A stretch of 64,000 nt of DNA from Camelus ferus (taxonomy: Eukaryota): NCBI RefSeq assembly GCF_009834535.1, contig NC_045696.1, forward strand, positions 67,768,001-67,832,000. The letters are read 5' to 3'. Positions 50,299 through 63,549 of the stretch are shown in pieces. Numbering within the stretch: position 1 is the first letter of the stretch; the number at the start of each line of letters is the position of its first letter. Position numbers and translations under genes: made by a program. The notes beneath the pieces were generated by a model. It did not search any database and was not told the origin of the DNA. It saw only the letters and a program-made list of their open reading frames with translations.

Positions 50299-52359
50299 TT
50301 CCAAAAGATGAAAGAAATAGAAATATTATACTAGATCTAAGACTGGAAAAATTGAGAGATTTGGCTCTTAGGAATGATCTGCTCCAAATCACATATCATC
50401 TTGATGTGTCATTTACAGTTAAAGAAGAAAAAAAAAGGTGACTGTAGGACGGGCACATACTCCTTTAAGCGCTAAAGGGAATGAAACAAACTATGGGGAA
50501 AGAAGGGATGTCCGAGCTCCTGCTATGTCTCTCTCTCTCTTTTTTTTTTTTTGGGGGGGGGGTGGGCAGTGCAAGTGAGTGGGAGGCTCTCATGAACCAA
50601 ACCCTTTACCTCCAAAAATAACAGTAAAATTGTATTTCTTACAACTTAAATCCTCTCTCTTATGTTAGTTCATCCTCCATTAAAAAAAAAAAAAAACTGC
50701 CACAGAAACATTTTTTATTCCAGGTGCCACCAATTTTACTTTTTTCTACAGTAACACAAGTTGATAACATTACTTAGTTTAATTGATAAGATAAATATAA
50801 AAACAAACAAAAAAAGTTTGGAAATAACTCCGTTTTAAAGATCTACAAATAGCTTTCCTATATTTTAATGTCAAAGTACATTCTTCCAATCTGTAAAGCT
50901 ACAGACAATTTTAAAAAGGCTGAAGGCTATAGAGGATTCTACAACAGAACTCTTAAGAGAATGGGCTACCGATGAATGAAACTACTCGGAGAGGAAGATG
51001 ACAACTGGTGTTGTGTGTCCTTCACTGGAAAACAACATAAAGGAAGAGTAACGATCCAGCAACGATGACGAAAGAGAAAGAAATGGACTGGCATGCCTCA
51101 GAGTAACGCAGGGAGCCATCGCCGCCCAGGACACTCAACACCGTGAAAACTGGGAGCATCACCTAACGTCTCTGAGCCCCAGTCCTTTCACTAGCACAGG
51201 GTGGAGAATTATCCCTACCTTTCCTCTTTGTAAGTTATTCAAAGGCTCAAGTGAGATAAAGTATATGAAAGTCTTTCATTTAAACAAAGGAAGAAAAAGA
51301 CTCAATGTCGATTTTGGAATTGGAAATGTACAGGGCAGGGGTGTTGGACAGGCCAAACTCACAGAAGTTAATGATAAAATAATGATAATAATAGCTTCAC
51401 CCCTTAAGGATTCATATTAAGTATTGCCTGCAACAAGATACTTTCAGTTTTAAATACGTGACTTTTGAGTGGATCAACCCAAATCAGTAATGCACAGAAA
51501 ACTTCCCTAAAACATTAGTTTCAAAAATAAAATATGAGTTAATTAATGCCCTAGGTTTTTGGTTTTGGCATCCTTCATTACCACTTTTACCCCTTCTTTC
51601 AGATCAAGTTGTTTTGTGCCCATACTGAGTGGATTACGTAAATTACAAAGGATTTGTGAGCCCAATAGGGCCTCCTTACCAAATGCATGGATAAGAAGTA
51701 CATGGTACAATCGTGAGGGGATCGTCAGAGAACATGCCTGAGGCGGGGATGGAAGATGTGCTTGTTTCCACCAAAGAAGTACAAAGAAAGCTACCTCGGT
51801 GGCCCCTGGCCACTAGCCATGAGCACATATTGTTGAGGACTTTGGCTGCTTCTTGAGAATTTAAAGATGATCTGCCTTCTCTCTTTTATAAGGGAATTGA
51901 TACTAAGCCAAGAGGCTTAAAATCCCCAAAATGCATTTTGTTTTGCTTTTTTATCCCTTTAAAAATAAATCACTGCTTCCATGACACTTGTGCAATCTAA
52001 ACAAGTCGCCTCAATGCTTTCAGCCTTCATATTTTTTGTATTTGTTAAATGTGTGCTATACTTATTTGGGAAGATCAAATTTGGTAACAAAAAGTGTTCT
52101 GCAGTTTGTAAGTAACTACAGAATTATAAAGAGCTAATATTTTATTACCAAGGCACTGAATTTTAGAGCCATAAGAGATCTAAAAATTATTTAATTGAAT
52201 CATTCATTTTGCAGAAAGAGTTCGTGGAAGTATTTCTTTAGTAAAAACGCCTTAAAATCTCCACACATGTAAGAGCAAGGGACGGCATCATTAGTGAAAC
52301 GTGGGGAGGTGGGGTACGAAGCAGCGATCAGCCAGCCAAGGACAGTCTAACCGTAGTAG

Positions 52360-52600
52360 CATCAACAGCAAACATGTACTAAGCCCCAGGCCGTGTCAGG
52401 GACATACAATATTCTCTGTGTAACCTCACAGCAACCCAAAGAGGTAAGAATAGTAATTATTCTCATTTTACAGACAAGCAAACAGGGGCATGAAAAGGTT
52501 AAATAACATGGGCATGGTCTCGTAGCTAGTGAGTGGGAAAGCCACGTGTGAACTCGGAGCCACGTGTGAACTCGGGAAGTCTGGATCAGCACTTAACAGT
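52360..52600 (-). mobile_element. MIR SINE with an internal 18-bp tandem duplication
   Basis: taacctcacagcaaccc...ctcattttacagacaagcaaacagggg...aaggttaaataac...agctagtgagtgg. Confidence 0.7.
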
Positions 52601-54049
52601 GTTTGTCATCATTCTGTGCTGTCCTTGAGGTTTTACTTGGCCCAGATGATGCAATCAGGGAGGGCTTTTCTGCGGTGGTGCCCTCAAGGGCAGCAGGGTG
52701 AGCCTGAGATAAATAGCAAAGGGTAGCAATATCTGAGCTGACTTCAAGCTGCCACAGCAAAAAAAGGTAAGGGGTTGGGGAGCCTCTTCGAAAAGCAAGT
52801 TTGGGGTCTATAATAAAAGCCAGACAGAAGAGCAGTGAAATCACACAATGAGTTCATCCTTTCTAATAAAAGGTACTTTGCCACATTCCCTGACACTCCT
52901 GGTGACAGTCATCAAAAGGCATGAATGGGGAAACAATGAGGGAGGAAAAAGCTGGAGAACTCAGCAGAGACCACCCCACAGAAGGGCTGGCCACAGCCTA
53001 CTGCTGCCCTCACTGGGCCTATACGCGGGGCACGTAAAATAGGGGCTTTACTACCTGCCGATGGGTCTTCATAACTAATAAACAGCCTTGACACTTGTTC
53101 AGCTCTTGGCATGTGTATCTAAGGGAAACCGTTCCCTGGCCTGCCTCCCCTAGTTACACACACAGGCGAAGACTAGATGCACATACTCTATGGCTGCTCT
53201 GATATTTAAAGGACTATATGTTCCTGACCTAGATAAAAGATAAAGTTTGGAGTGCGAGCTAGCTAGGTCTACCAGAACAAATCCAGAGCCACCCAGAGGC
53301 ACATTTTCTCCCTAAGTTCAGAAGTATATAGGATTTATAAGTCAAGAGTACACCATCACCACAAAAATTAAAAATAAAAAAAGAAAGAAAGCCATAGGGG
53401 TTCTTCCACACAGTAAAACTACTGAAAAAGAATACCGGTATGAAGAATGGAGAAAAAATCTAAAACCATAAAACAGGAGTTCCATCAGGAAGAAAAGGCA
53501 AATGAAAAATTAGAATACATTCTCTCAACACCACAAAAAAAATTCCCCTTAGCTAAATAAAAGTTAATTCAGATCAGTCACAAACTAAAAAATTAAAGTA
53601 AATTTTAAAAATATTTTCAACCGCCCAAAAAAGTGTGTGTATGGTTGAGGGGGAGGGCCTCTCAATTTAGACGAAACCAGATCTTCAACACCAGAAAACC
53701 CCCTTCTGGCTTCCAAATGTTTACCTTTCTGCAAAGCTGGCCCACCAAGTCCCCTCTCTCTTCAAAAGGAAATCTTGGCACCTAGAAGGTTGGGCTGACA
53801 GTGAGGATTACGACGACTCGTTTAATGAGCAGCGTGATTGAACCATGCAGGGACCCTGAGGAGTTTTCTCGAAAGGACTAGGTTTGTTGTTTGCATTTTG
53901 TTGCGTCGTGTGCTTCCACCATCCCTTATTTTGACCTCACAGAATGCTGAGTAGAATTACCAGAGTGAGAGTGAGGGAAACTGCATTGAGAAACAGTGTA
54001 GTAAAATTGCTGAATCACACAAATAAAGATTACAGACCAAATAAGAAAA

Positions 54050-54400
54050 AGTTTCTAAGTTGGAAAAAGAATCAGACTGGCATCAGACTTCTCATCTGCA
54101 ACAGTAAAGACTAAATGATGCTCAGCGATAATATAGAAATCTTTGTTGATATTGAGGCTGAGGAAATTTGACCCCTGAATTCTACTTGCAGCCAAACTTT
54201 CACCTAAAAAAAAGTCATTTTCAGATCCACAAGGGCTCAGAACATGTATCACCCATGTAGCCTTTCTTTAAAAAATTATTTAATAAAGTACTACTATAGG
54301 AGGAAGGAAAAAAAAACAGAAAAAAATCAGGATAATAAATTCAAAAAAAAGAAAAAAGAAATAGCAAACAAGAAAGGATGCAATAAACAAATGACCACTA
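54050..54400 (+). mobile_element. Old L1/HAL1 ORF1 C-terminal remnant
   Basis: aatcagactggcatcagacttctcatctgcaaca...gaattctacttgcagccaaactttca...caagggctcagaa. Confidence 0.6.
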
Positions 54401-57400
54401 TAGTTTATTAATAATGTGGTGGTACAATTTAATGTGAGAGATGACTCTTTAAAAAGCAGTGTTACAAAGTTCAAAATATTGCAACACATTCTCCAAACTG
54501 TGTTAATAATACTTTGAATGAAGCAGGGAGAAGAATGCTCCAACTTGATATGGAAAATATACTGGAGGTGGAGTTACATATGCACATATCATAAATTTTC
54601 CTTGATAGAGAAACATGTTTGAAACTATGTAATCCATACCATTTGATTTACTTACAGCACTAGAAAAAAATCATAAATTACTTTTTAGACATAGGAAAAA
54701 CTAAATATATTTCAGTTTTGAAGGAATGATGAAGATTCGTGACGGGGGAGACAAAATGAGATACAAACTCCCACTGACTCAGAAAGAACCAACTGAAGTT
54801 TCACTTAACTTTGGGCAAAGAAACTTCTCTGAAATATGCAAATATCGTAAATTACTCCCTATAAAGGAACTCAGGAGTTAAAGCAAACTTAACCTCACTG
54901 GTTATCCCAACACACAAGCAGAAATGACCACAACCACTGTCCCCATAAGACGTTTCCTGTCCAGCGATCAGCCAGTCTTCCACTGCAGAAAGCATGCGAT
55001 GAGTCCTAGATTATTTCAAGGTGGTGGCAGCAGTGGTAATTGGGTTGATATGGTTGAATAAGTGTGTGTGTACACATACTCCAGTACTGATCCCAGGGAA
55101 AAGTTTCACCTTTTAAAATAGATTCTTCAAAAACAAGAGAAACTATGACATTCCATGAGAAAGAGTCAAATTACTAAATGAAACATTGAAATACTCCCTA
55201 TCGGCTTTATTCTGCTACTTTCAAAGAAGTTTTAGTAGGTCTAGACTCCAAAAATATCTCTCTTTTCTCGTCTGAATACCCAATCGGAGGATGATTCAGA
55301 GCGAAAGGCAAACAGGAAAACTTTGACATTCGCTTCTAGAGAGTCACGTTGACCAGAGCCAGCGACACGCCTAAGAACCCACCAGTCCCGCTAAACATAC
55401 ACTGACCTATATGTGTAGACCATAGAAGGAGGTGATAAGCACAAAGCAAGCTGCTGCTCCTGCCGTTGCCACGGTCACAAACACCCCTACAGATCAGCTG
55501 GGGCTCCTCGCTCACCCAAGGCCCAAAGACACACGGCAAAGGGCCAGGAAGAAATAAGCCTCCCAGGCACTCCATTGGTATGTTTCCATGGACCAAGACG
55601 TCCTTGCATCCTCACTGCACAGGAAGGGCAAGCCTTCAGAGTGGACTAAAGCTTTTGCTGACCGTTTTAGTTTTGCTCTGGCAATACTGCATCTCAACTC
55701 TTAATTTTTATAGCCTGGATCTCCTGTTTCAGCCAGCCTCTTCCTTCCTTACCCCACTACCAGGCAGAAGAAGGGGTGACCTCTCTGGTGGGGTACATCC
55801 AAACCATATAAACCAAGGCCAGCTGCCTCTTTCTGCAAGCTCGTGAATGACTATGCCCGTGGCTGTGGGCCTGAGTTCCCTATGTCTACCAGTAAAATGC
55901 TATCATTTCACACCAATTACCATGATGGTACTAGTTAAGAGTCATAAGACACAGATTCCAGGCCCAGTTCTATTAAAACATCAGTAGATTCTTAAGCTGC
56001 TATTGATGCATGCAATACATACAATGGGTAAGTGGATTAATACACTATAATCTATAATCCACTGCTCACCCAACACAAACAAGAGCTCTGAAATGTCTTC
56101 ACAAGAACAGAAATGAGTTGGCCTACAAACTTTCACAGACTGATTTGAAGACAAACCATTAATGAATTCAGAAATTTTCCTTCTTCTCTTTTCAACAAAC
56201 TCTGGGTATTTCCCCAAGGTCGGAGCCCAGCTCACATGACCCTGTTTTCACTCTCTCTTCAGAAAAGCTCACCTCTTCCAGGAGCTTTACTGCCCACCCC
56301 CTTGAGGCCACTACCACATCTCTCTCACCTGGCCTGACTGTCCTTTTAAATGTGTATCACTCTCTCAGAGGGTAGGAAGAAAATCAGTGTGAGGAAGTTA
56401 TAAGGGGCAAATCTCAGTTCAACAAGAGAAAAGACATTTTTAATATCTGGAGTAACCAGTGATGGACAAAACAGTCTGTTTTCTGAGAAGGAGGGGCTGG
56501 AGTCAGACTAGCAAAGGCAGACACCCTGCCGGAATGAATGGAAAAGGAGATGAGAACTGGGAGGGTAAGACTACAGACACATAAAAGCAAGCAACCTGGG
56601 TCACAATGAGAGAGGCAGAGTGAGCAGGTGTCAACTAGAGCTCATGAACAGAAGTCAAGCAAAGATGTCATGAAAAGAGGAAGTTAAGTATGGGGCACTT
56701 GAACTCAAAGCCATCAGGTATCAGCAGGTAAATTCCGGAGGAGCTCAAGGAAGTCTACCAGACTACTCAGAGCTATTTGCATAGGGCTTCCCACAAAGGC
56801 AGTTTATTTTGTCTGATGGTGCGTTAAAAGCACCACTTGACATCCGACAACAGATCTGGGGATGTATGTCAATCTTATATTAAAATAATAGCAAACACTG
56901 GAATGATTTCAGAATATTCTTAGGAATATTCTGTATTCTTATTCTTGTTACTTTATTGCCTAAAAGTCTATCCTCCATCTGAAAATTAAGATCCTAATTA
57001 GCCATGAAACTTCAGTTTAGTTGAAACTGTTTCCAAGAATCCTTTAATGTCTCTAGTCATAGTTAATTTATTTCCCTCACCTTCCACCACAATATAGAAC
57101 TTAGATTGTGCTTCTAATCTAAGCATGATGACCAAGGTATAATTTAATTTTAATTTGGAATTTGTGTATATATGCATCTCCCAAACTTGAGGTTGTATCT
57201 GATCCACTGCTTATCCCTCAACATTGCCTTACCTGTAATAGCCACCCAGAAACATTTCACTAAATTGAAAAGAATTAGGAGATTCAAACAACAGAAAGGC
57301 ACTTGAGTTATGAGCTCTCAAATTCCCTTGCAAACCTGAAATTCTAGGACGTATTCTCCCCCTTTGAAAGTACTTTAAACAAGGCTATATACCTGCCCAC

Positions 57401-59749
57401 TGGGTGGCTGAAATAGGAAAAAGTTACCAATTGTGGCATCAGCTTGAACAAGTCTAACAGCCCCAAAGCTGGGACTCAGGGCACTAGATCTGTGATGCCA
57501 AGTGGGAAGGCTATCACCCCTAGAGCACATGTGCCCAACTTATAGAAGGTATTTAGTTTATCGTGATTGAATGAAGTGACTACTAAATGGTCGCCCCAGA
57601 CCTGATAGGCATTGAGCTCAAACTGATACTGACAGAAAAGAAACTGTCTTGTTGATTTCCTAAGATTCATACTTTCCTATAAAAATGAGAATTCTCAAAA
57701 CACAAATTCTTGACACTAAATATTTGTCTTTTGATAAGAGAAAACGTTTACACCATGTATCAAAAATACAGAGTCAAGCAACACCTGGGCCTTCCAAACG
57801 AAAGCATGTACCCCCTTGTCTGAACCTCAGAGCCTTGAAAGGGTTGAAGCAAAACCATGTGCACAGTGAGCAGAAGAACAGATCAAGAGATAAGATTTCT
57901 CCAGAGAGTTCTGTCAGAAGCTACAGGGTCGACCCCTTCTTGGGTCTCAGTTCCCCCATTTGCAAAGAGAGGGAATTAACTCATTTGGCAAGTACTTGCG
58001 AAGGCTGTAACTAGATGACCGGTGCCAGGGTTCGACTAAATGATCCCTTAGGCCCCTTTCAGCTCTGAAGATCTTATAATTCTTACACTCAAACTTAGTA
58101 GACGTACTTCTGGCTCTGACCTGAAAATCTGGCTGGAAATATAAACAGACTTCTACATAAAAACACACATTTACCAGCTATAATTTGGGCTTGGCAACAA
58201 GAGTTTTCACCATGGCTGAGGGGAAAAAGTGCAGAATTCTCGCCAGTGCTTAGATTACCCTGGGCTCCACTGTAGCTCATGGTTAAAGGCGGTGCGAATA
58301 CGGCCAGCGTGGGGCCACACCATCAGCACATCACGTCACTCCCACCCAAGGAAAGGACGTGACCATTTTCTTTTGAACTTGCCAACAATCTTCCATATAT
58401 TCAAGAACAACACGCCTCTTCTACCAGATTTGCCCTTTTCCATTTGGCAAACTCTATTTTATTTTTTATCCTTCTTCCTTCTGTTTTACAGAGAACATAA
58501 GCCAACATGGCAACAGGCTTTTTGTTTATTTCCTTCTTTTTCAAAAACAAAGTCACGGTTTTGATATAGTTACCAGGACAAGGTCCATACAGAAAAAGAC
58601 TTCTTGTAATTTTATGAAAGCCCCATGTTTGAATTTTTTCTTACTGGAACCCTTTGGCAAGCCTTTTTATTATTCTTACAGCCGTTATTTTTACACAGTG
58701 ACAATTATAACATCAAAATACCTGTACAGTGATTATATTTGAGCACTTTCAAATCCATCTCTATTTCATGTAACTATTAGATACAGTTACCTTATTTTTA
58801 ATTATGAGGAAACTGCATCTGAGTGTGACCTGCTCAAGATCACTGTGACTAGAATGAGCGGCTCAACCAGTATACAAACATAAGTCTTCTGTCACAGGTC
58901 AAGTGAATTTTTAAAACTCAAGATTTTAACTGCTTACAAAATAGTCCCATAACGATTCAAGAGAGAAGACAGACAAAGTAGTGTTTCACTGTATAAATTA
59001 AACAATAGCAAAGAACAGCTCCCAACAAAATGAGAGCACAGAAATATAAAAGGCAAGCTTTAAGGTTTTTCTTTTTTCATTGTTAATTTAAAAAATGACT
59101 AAAAACAATGGAAATCAATCATGTAATTCTTATTTGGCAAGGGATCTAGCTAATGCATAAAATAAGTATACATGTTGTAGGATTGTTGTCCATTTCTGGC
59201 ACATGATCTTTGATTTTCCCAGCTATGGCAAGATAAAAGGTAGGAAATTTATGACATATGTGTCTAAGACATACCATTTTTAATAGCCTTTAGAAGACTG
59301 AACTGGAGCTGCTTACTGGTTGGAAGTGGAACTTCCGATTTTCAACTGGCTGATAATACACAAAGCTCATTCTACTACTGAAGATCTACCACATGAAAGC
59401 ACATACCCCGAGAAATCCACATGGCTTGCTCTTTCCTCTCATCCTCCAAGTCTGTGTTTAGATGTCACCGCCTCATGCCCGTCCTCAGCAGCCCATATCA
59501 CTTTCCCCTTCTCATGACCCATGGCCTTGATCTCATTCTGATGGATTTTGTAACGCAAGTATTTTGTTCCACTGGTTCCACTAATACATGAGTCTCATGA
59601 AAGCAGAACCCTGTCTGTCTTTTTAGCTATACAATTTCTATTTGTTGAATGAATGAATCCTTTCTTCCTTTGTCTGCCCCACCCTGAAGTTTAGGAGAAA
59701 GAAAGCCAGACAACCAACTGAACTATTACAGCAGTTACTCTCTATGGCT

Positions 59750-60050
59750 TTTCCTCTTTAAAACTTACTCTGGGACATTTTAAACACATACAGAGGTAGG
59801 ACAAGTAAGGAAATAAACCTCCATGCACCCAACAATTATCAACTCATAGCGAATCTTTTCTCACCTATAATCTCACTCAGTAGCTCCCTATTCTTATTAT
59901 CTTGAAGCAAATACCAGACACTATTCCATTTCATTCACAAATCCTGCTGACATTTCTCTAAAAAATAAGAATTTTTCTTCTTTAGCATATCTTCATTAAC
60001 ATCATCACCCCCAAAATATGACAGTAATTCTATGACATTATTATTTAATT
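59750..60050 (-). mobile_element. Old L1 3' UTR remnant (L1MC/ME-like)
   Basis: attttaaacacatacagaggtag, aacaattatcaactcatagc, ttgaagcaaataccagaca. Confidence 0.6.
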
Positions 60051-60701
60051 TTCCTTCCTGACATAACTGGTACTTAACTGCCTAAACAGTGGCTGCTGGT
60101 CACCAGTGCCCCTAAATGATCACAGGCTGAGAACTTCTACTGTTGCTTCTGATTCCAGCTCTGAGGCACTTTGCTGTCAACACACCCTGGAGCACAAAAC
60201 TTCTAAGTGTCAATATACACTACCCTGTGCGTCCCTGACCTCACTCAGAAGAGAAACGCTAAGAATTTTTGCTGCTGCTTCCGCTAAAAATATGTTGCTG
60301 ACCAATTAGTTCCCACTGTGACCAATCAGAGCCTTAAAATACCAGCCTTACTCATTTAGAATGCAACGTTTATGGATAGAGAAAAAGAGGCAATGAAAAA
60401 GCATGGTTGTGTGACCCCAGGATAACAAGGAAATGTGAACTTCTCAAATGGCATTCCTAAAGAATGGCTTTCAGTTTCAAAATAAAATTAGTAGGTAAAA
60501 GGATTTCCAAGGCTTCAGAGTGCAAGCCGGCAGAACTCTGAGAAGCTTGAGGTGGGCATTTTGCATTAAAGTGCCTTAGCTCTTTGTGAGTTGTAAAGCT
60601 CTCTGTAGGCTCTGGAAAAATGTTTATCCACCACAGAAACAATCTCAGAATTCACGATTCCTAGCATGGCTTATAAACACGACTTTAACCATAGATCTTA
60701 C

Positions 60702-60814
60702 CTGTGCCCTGAAAGCACCTTCATCAAGGGGTGGTGGAGGAGGGAAGTTTCCAGAGCCAGAAGGAATAGCAATGGGATCATCTAGAGGTGGAGGTGGGGG
60801 TGGAAGGAAGTCAC
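60702..60814 (-). CDS. LPP: LPP internal coding exon (113 nt, phase 1 to phase 0), proline-rich region with ActA-like Ena/VASP-binding motifs
   Basis: Minus strand reads ...tgtgtttcctttctgcag|GT GAC TTC CTT CCA...AGG GCA CAG|gtaagat. It translates to (G)DFLPPPPPPLDDPIAIPSGSGNFPPPPPLDEGAFRAQ, matching my recollection of human LPP GDFLPPPPPPLDDSSALPSISGNFPPPPPLDEEAFKVQ. Canonical AG/GT sites. Confidence 0.97.
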
Positions 60815-60882
60815 CTGCAGAAAGGAAACACACAAGTGAAGTTAGTTAACAGGACACAATTTTACAGCACTCTTAAAAAACA

Positions 60883-61804
60883 TAGACAGTTCCCAACTTA
60901 CGATGATTTGACCTATAATTTCTTGACTCTACTACGTTGCAAAAGTGATGGCCATTCAGCAGAAAACATACTTTGAATTTTGATCTATTCCTGGGCTTCC
61001 ACGTGCAGCCCAATACTCTCATGATGCTGGGTGACGACACCAAGCCGCAGCTCCCAGTCAGCCGTGGGATCACAAGCGTGAACAGCCTACTTCTATTCTT
61101 TTTCACCATAAGCTACTACAAGATACTGAACATAGTTCCCTGTGCTATACAGTATAAATTTGTTGTTTATCTGTTTTATATATATTAGTTAGTATCTGCA
61201 AATCTTGAACTCCCAGTTTACCCCTTCCCACCTCCTTCCCCCCGGTAACCATAAGTTTGTTTTCTCCATCTGTGAGTCTGTTTCTGTTTTGTAAATAGGT
61301 TCATTTGTTTTGTTTCAGATTCCACATATAAGTGATATCATATGGTATTTTTCTTTCTCTTTCTGGCTTACTTCACTTAGAATGACCATCTCCAGGTCCA
61401 TCCATGTTGCTACACATGGCATGATGCTGTACACCAGAAATTGACACAACATTGTAAAATGACTATACTTTAATAAAAAATATATATACACACAAAAAGA
61501 GTGAATAGCCAATACACTTACAACCATTCTGAACCCAAACAACCATTCTGTTCTTCACTTTCAGTACAATGTCCAATAAATTACATAAGATATTCAACAT
61601 TTTATTATAAAATAGGCTTTGTGATAGATGATTTTTGCCCAACTGTAGGCTAACGTAAGCATTCCGAGCATGTTTAAGGTAGGCTAGGCTAAGCTATATG
61701 ATCTGGTAGGTTAGGTGTATTAAATGCATTTTCAACTTAACAATATTTTCAATTTACAATGGGTTTATCAGGATGTAACCCCACTGCAAGTCAAGGAAGA
61801 TTTG
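60883..61804 (-). mobile_element. MER47-like TcMar-Tigger DNA transposon, split by an L1
   Basis: Ends agacagttcccaacttacgatg and cactgcaagtcaaggaagatttg|ta. Body tttaaggtaggctaggctaagctat...ggtaggttaggtgtattaaatgcattttc...tgggtttatcaggatgtaacccca. Confidence 0.85.
61088..61496 (+). mobile_element. Young L1 with 5' inversion nested in MER47 (inverted part about 61091-61420; 3' tail about 61421-61496)
   Basis: Antisense segment ttctggcttacttcacttagaatgaccatctccaggtccatccatgttgct joins the sense tail atgctgtacaccagaaattgacacaacattgtaaaatgactatac. TSD aagcgtgaacagcc (61074-61087) / aagagtgaatagcc (61497-61510). Confidence 0.9.
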
Positions 61805-63192
61805 TATTAGCTGGCATTTTGCTGCTTTGCAATCGGCTATGACACACAATTTTTTGTCCTGCTTAGCAATTATTCTCTATCTTAGTTCTCTTCAGTTTAA
61901 TTAGCAGTCTAACTTTCAGAAGAATGAGAACCAGATTTGACACTTAGCAGTGACATAAAAGCTAGTGTAGAGGGATGGAGTACAGTCAGAACAGAGAAGG
62001 TGCTTGAAGTGGTGGATTACTGAAGTGTCTGAGACTTGTTACTTGCCCTAAATTTTCAGTCAAGTAGAGGGGGGAAATGTGTAAACAGGTAAGGAGAACA
62101 CAAGATAAAATCTCCTAAGATCTGCAAACATACTCTTCTGGAAGTTGGGACAAAGGAAATCTTACTTCCAGTTGGAAGAACACGGGAGCTATAATGGAGC
62201 ATTTAAATTGTCCCTGAACATTATGATGAAGAGAGCAAGCCTATGCTAGGCAGAAAGGGAAATAAACGCATAATGGTAAAAAAAATAAAAAATAAAAATA
62301 AATCAGATCAGGACCTAAAAAATAAAGGGCATGTTACAATATAGCATAAAGATAAGAATGTAAAATAACACTAGTAGGTTATAAAAAGTAGAGCAATGTG
62401 AAAATAAGTTTTTACGTGTGTTGCACATTGAGTGCAAAGCAAAGAGTCTGAATGTTAACATGCATGCAATGAGGGTCTATTAAGGATTTCTGAGAAGGAA
62501 ACACTTGTAAGAATATGATTTACTAAAAACTAACCTAAAAGTATGTGCAGGACAGATTAGGAGAAACCGGAATTAAAAAGCATCCAACTTGGAAATCTAT
62601 ATACAGTCCAGGCTTTGGGATACCAGGATACCCAACAGCGCTATGGGTTCATGGTATGAAATCTTTTAAAATACTCTCTGCAACAAATTCTATTAAAAGA
62701 GAAAACATTCATTAAAAAAAAATTTCTCTAGTTGTCCTTTTCCTTTTAAAAATAGTATTTTTGATGTTTCTAGGGACTGTACTCCTCTATGGGTAAACAG
62801 CTTCTCCTTGCATTTCAGCTGTTCAGCACGTAGTGGGAGAGCTGCAGTGTCTGTCACTCAGTGAGGCACTTCTGTATAGTACAGAAACAACACAACGTAG
62901 GTCTTCAGAAAAGAAAGTGCCTACATCCCACAGTGGAAGGACGGTGATTTGGGCTGGTTCTTCTGATACACCTTTAAGATTGCTCACTTGAGTTCCATTT
63001 GCTTTCTGAATAATAGTCTTAGAGTTGGAAGAGTAGCTAACTGCTGTCAAGTCAAGCTCCTAGCCATATTCAGACTACCAAAAAGTCAAACACGCTATCT
63101 TTAGAGTAATTTGCTTTTTAGACTCTCACTATGCACCAGGCACTGTGGTAGGATTTTCCTAGGCTGCCTCTTATTCCCACAACTCTCTATGC

Positions 63193-63367
63193 TGATGGTT
63201 CTGAAGCTTTAGAGTTCATGAGGATCTCTAGAAGGTCTGGTTAAAACACAGATTGCTGGGTACTACTCCCCAGAGGTTTTGATTCAGTAAGTCTGAGTTG
63301 GGACCTAATAATCTGCATTCCTAATAAAACCCCAGGTGATGCTAGGATCACACTTTGAGAACCACTG
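63193..63367 (+). mobile_element. MER5A-like MITE
   Basis: tggttctgaagcttt...ttaaaacacagattgctggg...cacactttgagaaccactg. Confidence 0.85.
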
Positions 63368-63549
63368 CATAAAAGCAAAGTACCGTATTATTCCTACTTT
63401 AGAACCCATGGGATTGGAAAGGTTCAATAATATGTCATATAGAAAAATTTCTACTCCTCTTATCCTCCTGGATGTGCACATCTGGAGACATACTTTGTCT
63501 ATATCTTTATTAAGATTGTAAGTCTCATAAACATTTATTAACTCTACCC

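Larger units (their letters stand above)
31872..60701 (-). other. LPP: LPP intron, 28,830 nt, GT-AG
   Basis: Lies between donor CAG|gtaaga (60701) and acceptor ctaacag| (31872). The flanking exons splice in frame (...FRAQ|GNPG...). Confidence 0.93.

Noticed and set aside
52322..54975. 14-bp direct repeat cagcgatcagccag at 52322 and 54962
   Set aside because: A 14-mer match at this distance is expected by chance in a 64-kb window.
60809..60820. CAG|GTGACT at the exon start as a recursive site
   Set aside because: The GT completes the Gly codon, and GTGACT is a poor donor.
60645..60833. 62-aa ORF as a stand-alone gene
   Set aside because: It is the LPP exon plus intronic read-through on both sides; splice sites bound the real coding part to 60702-60814.
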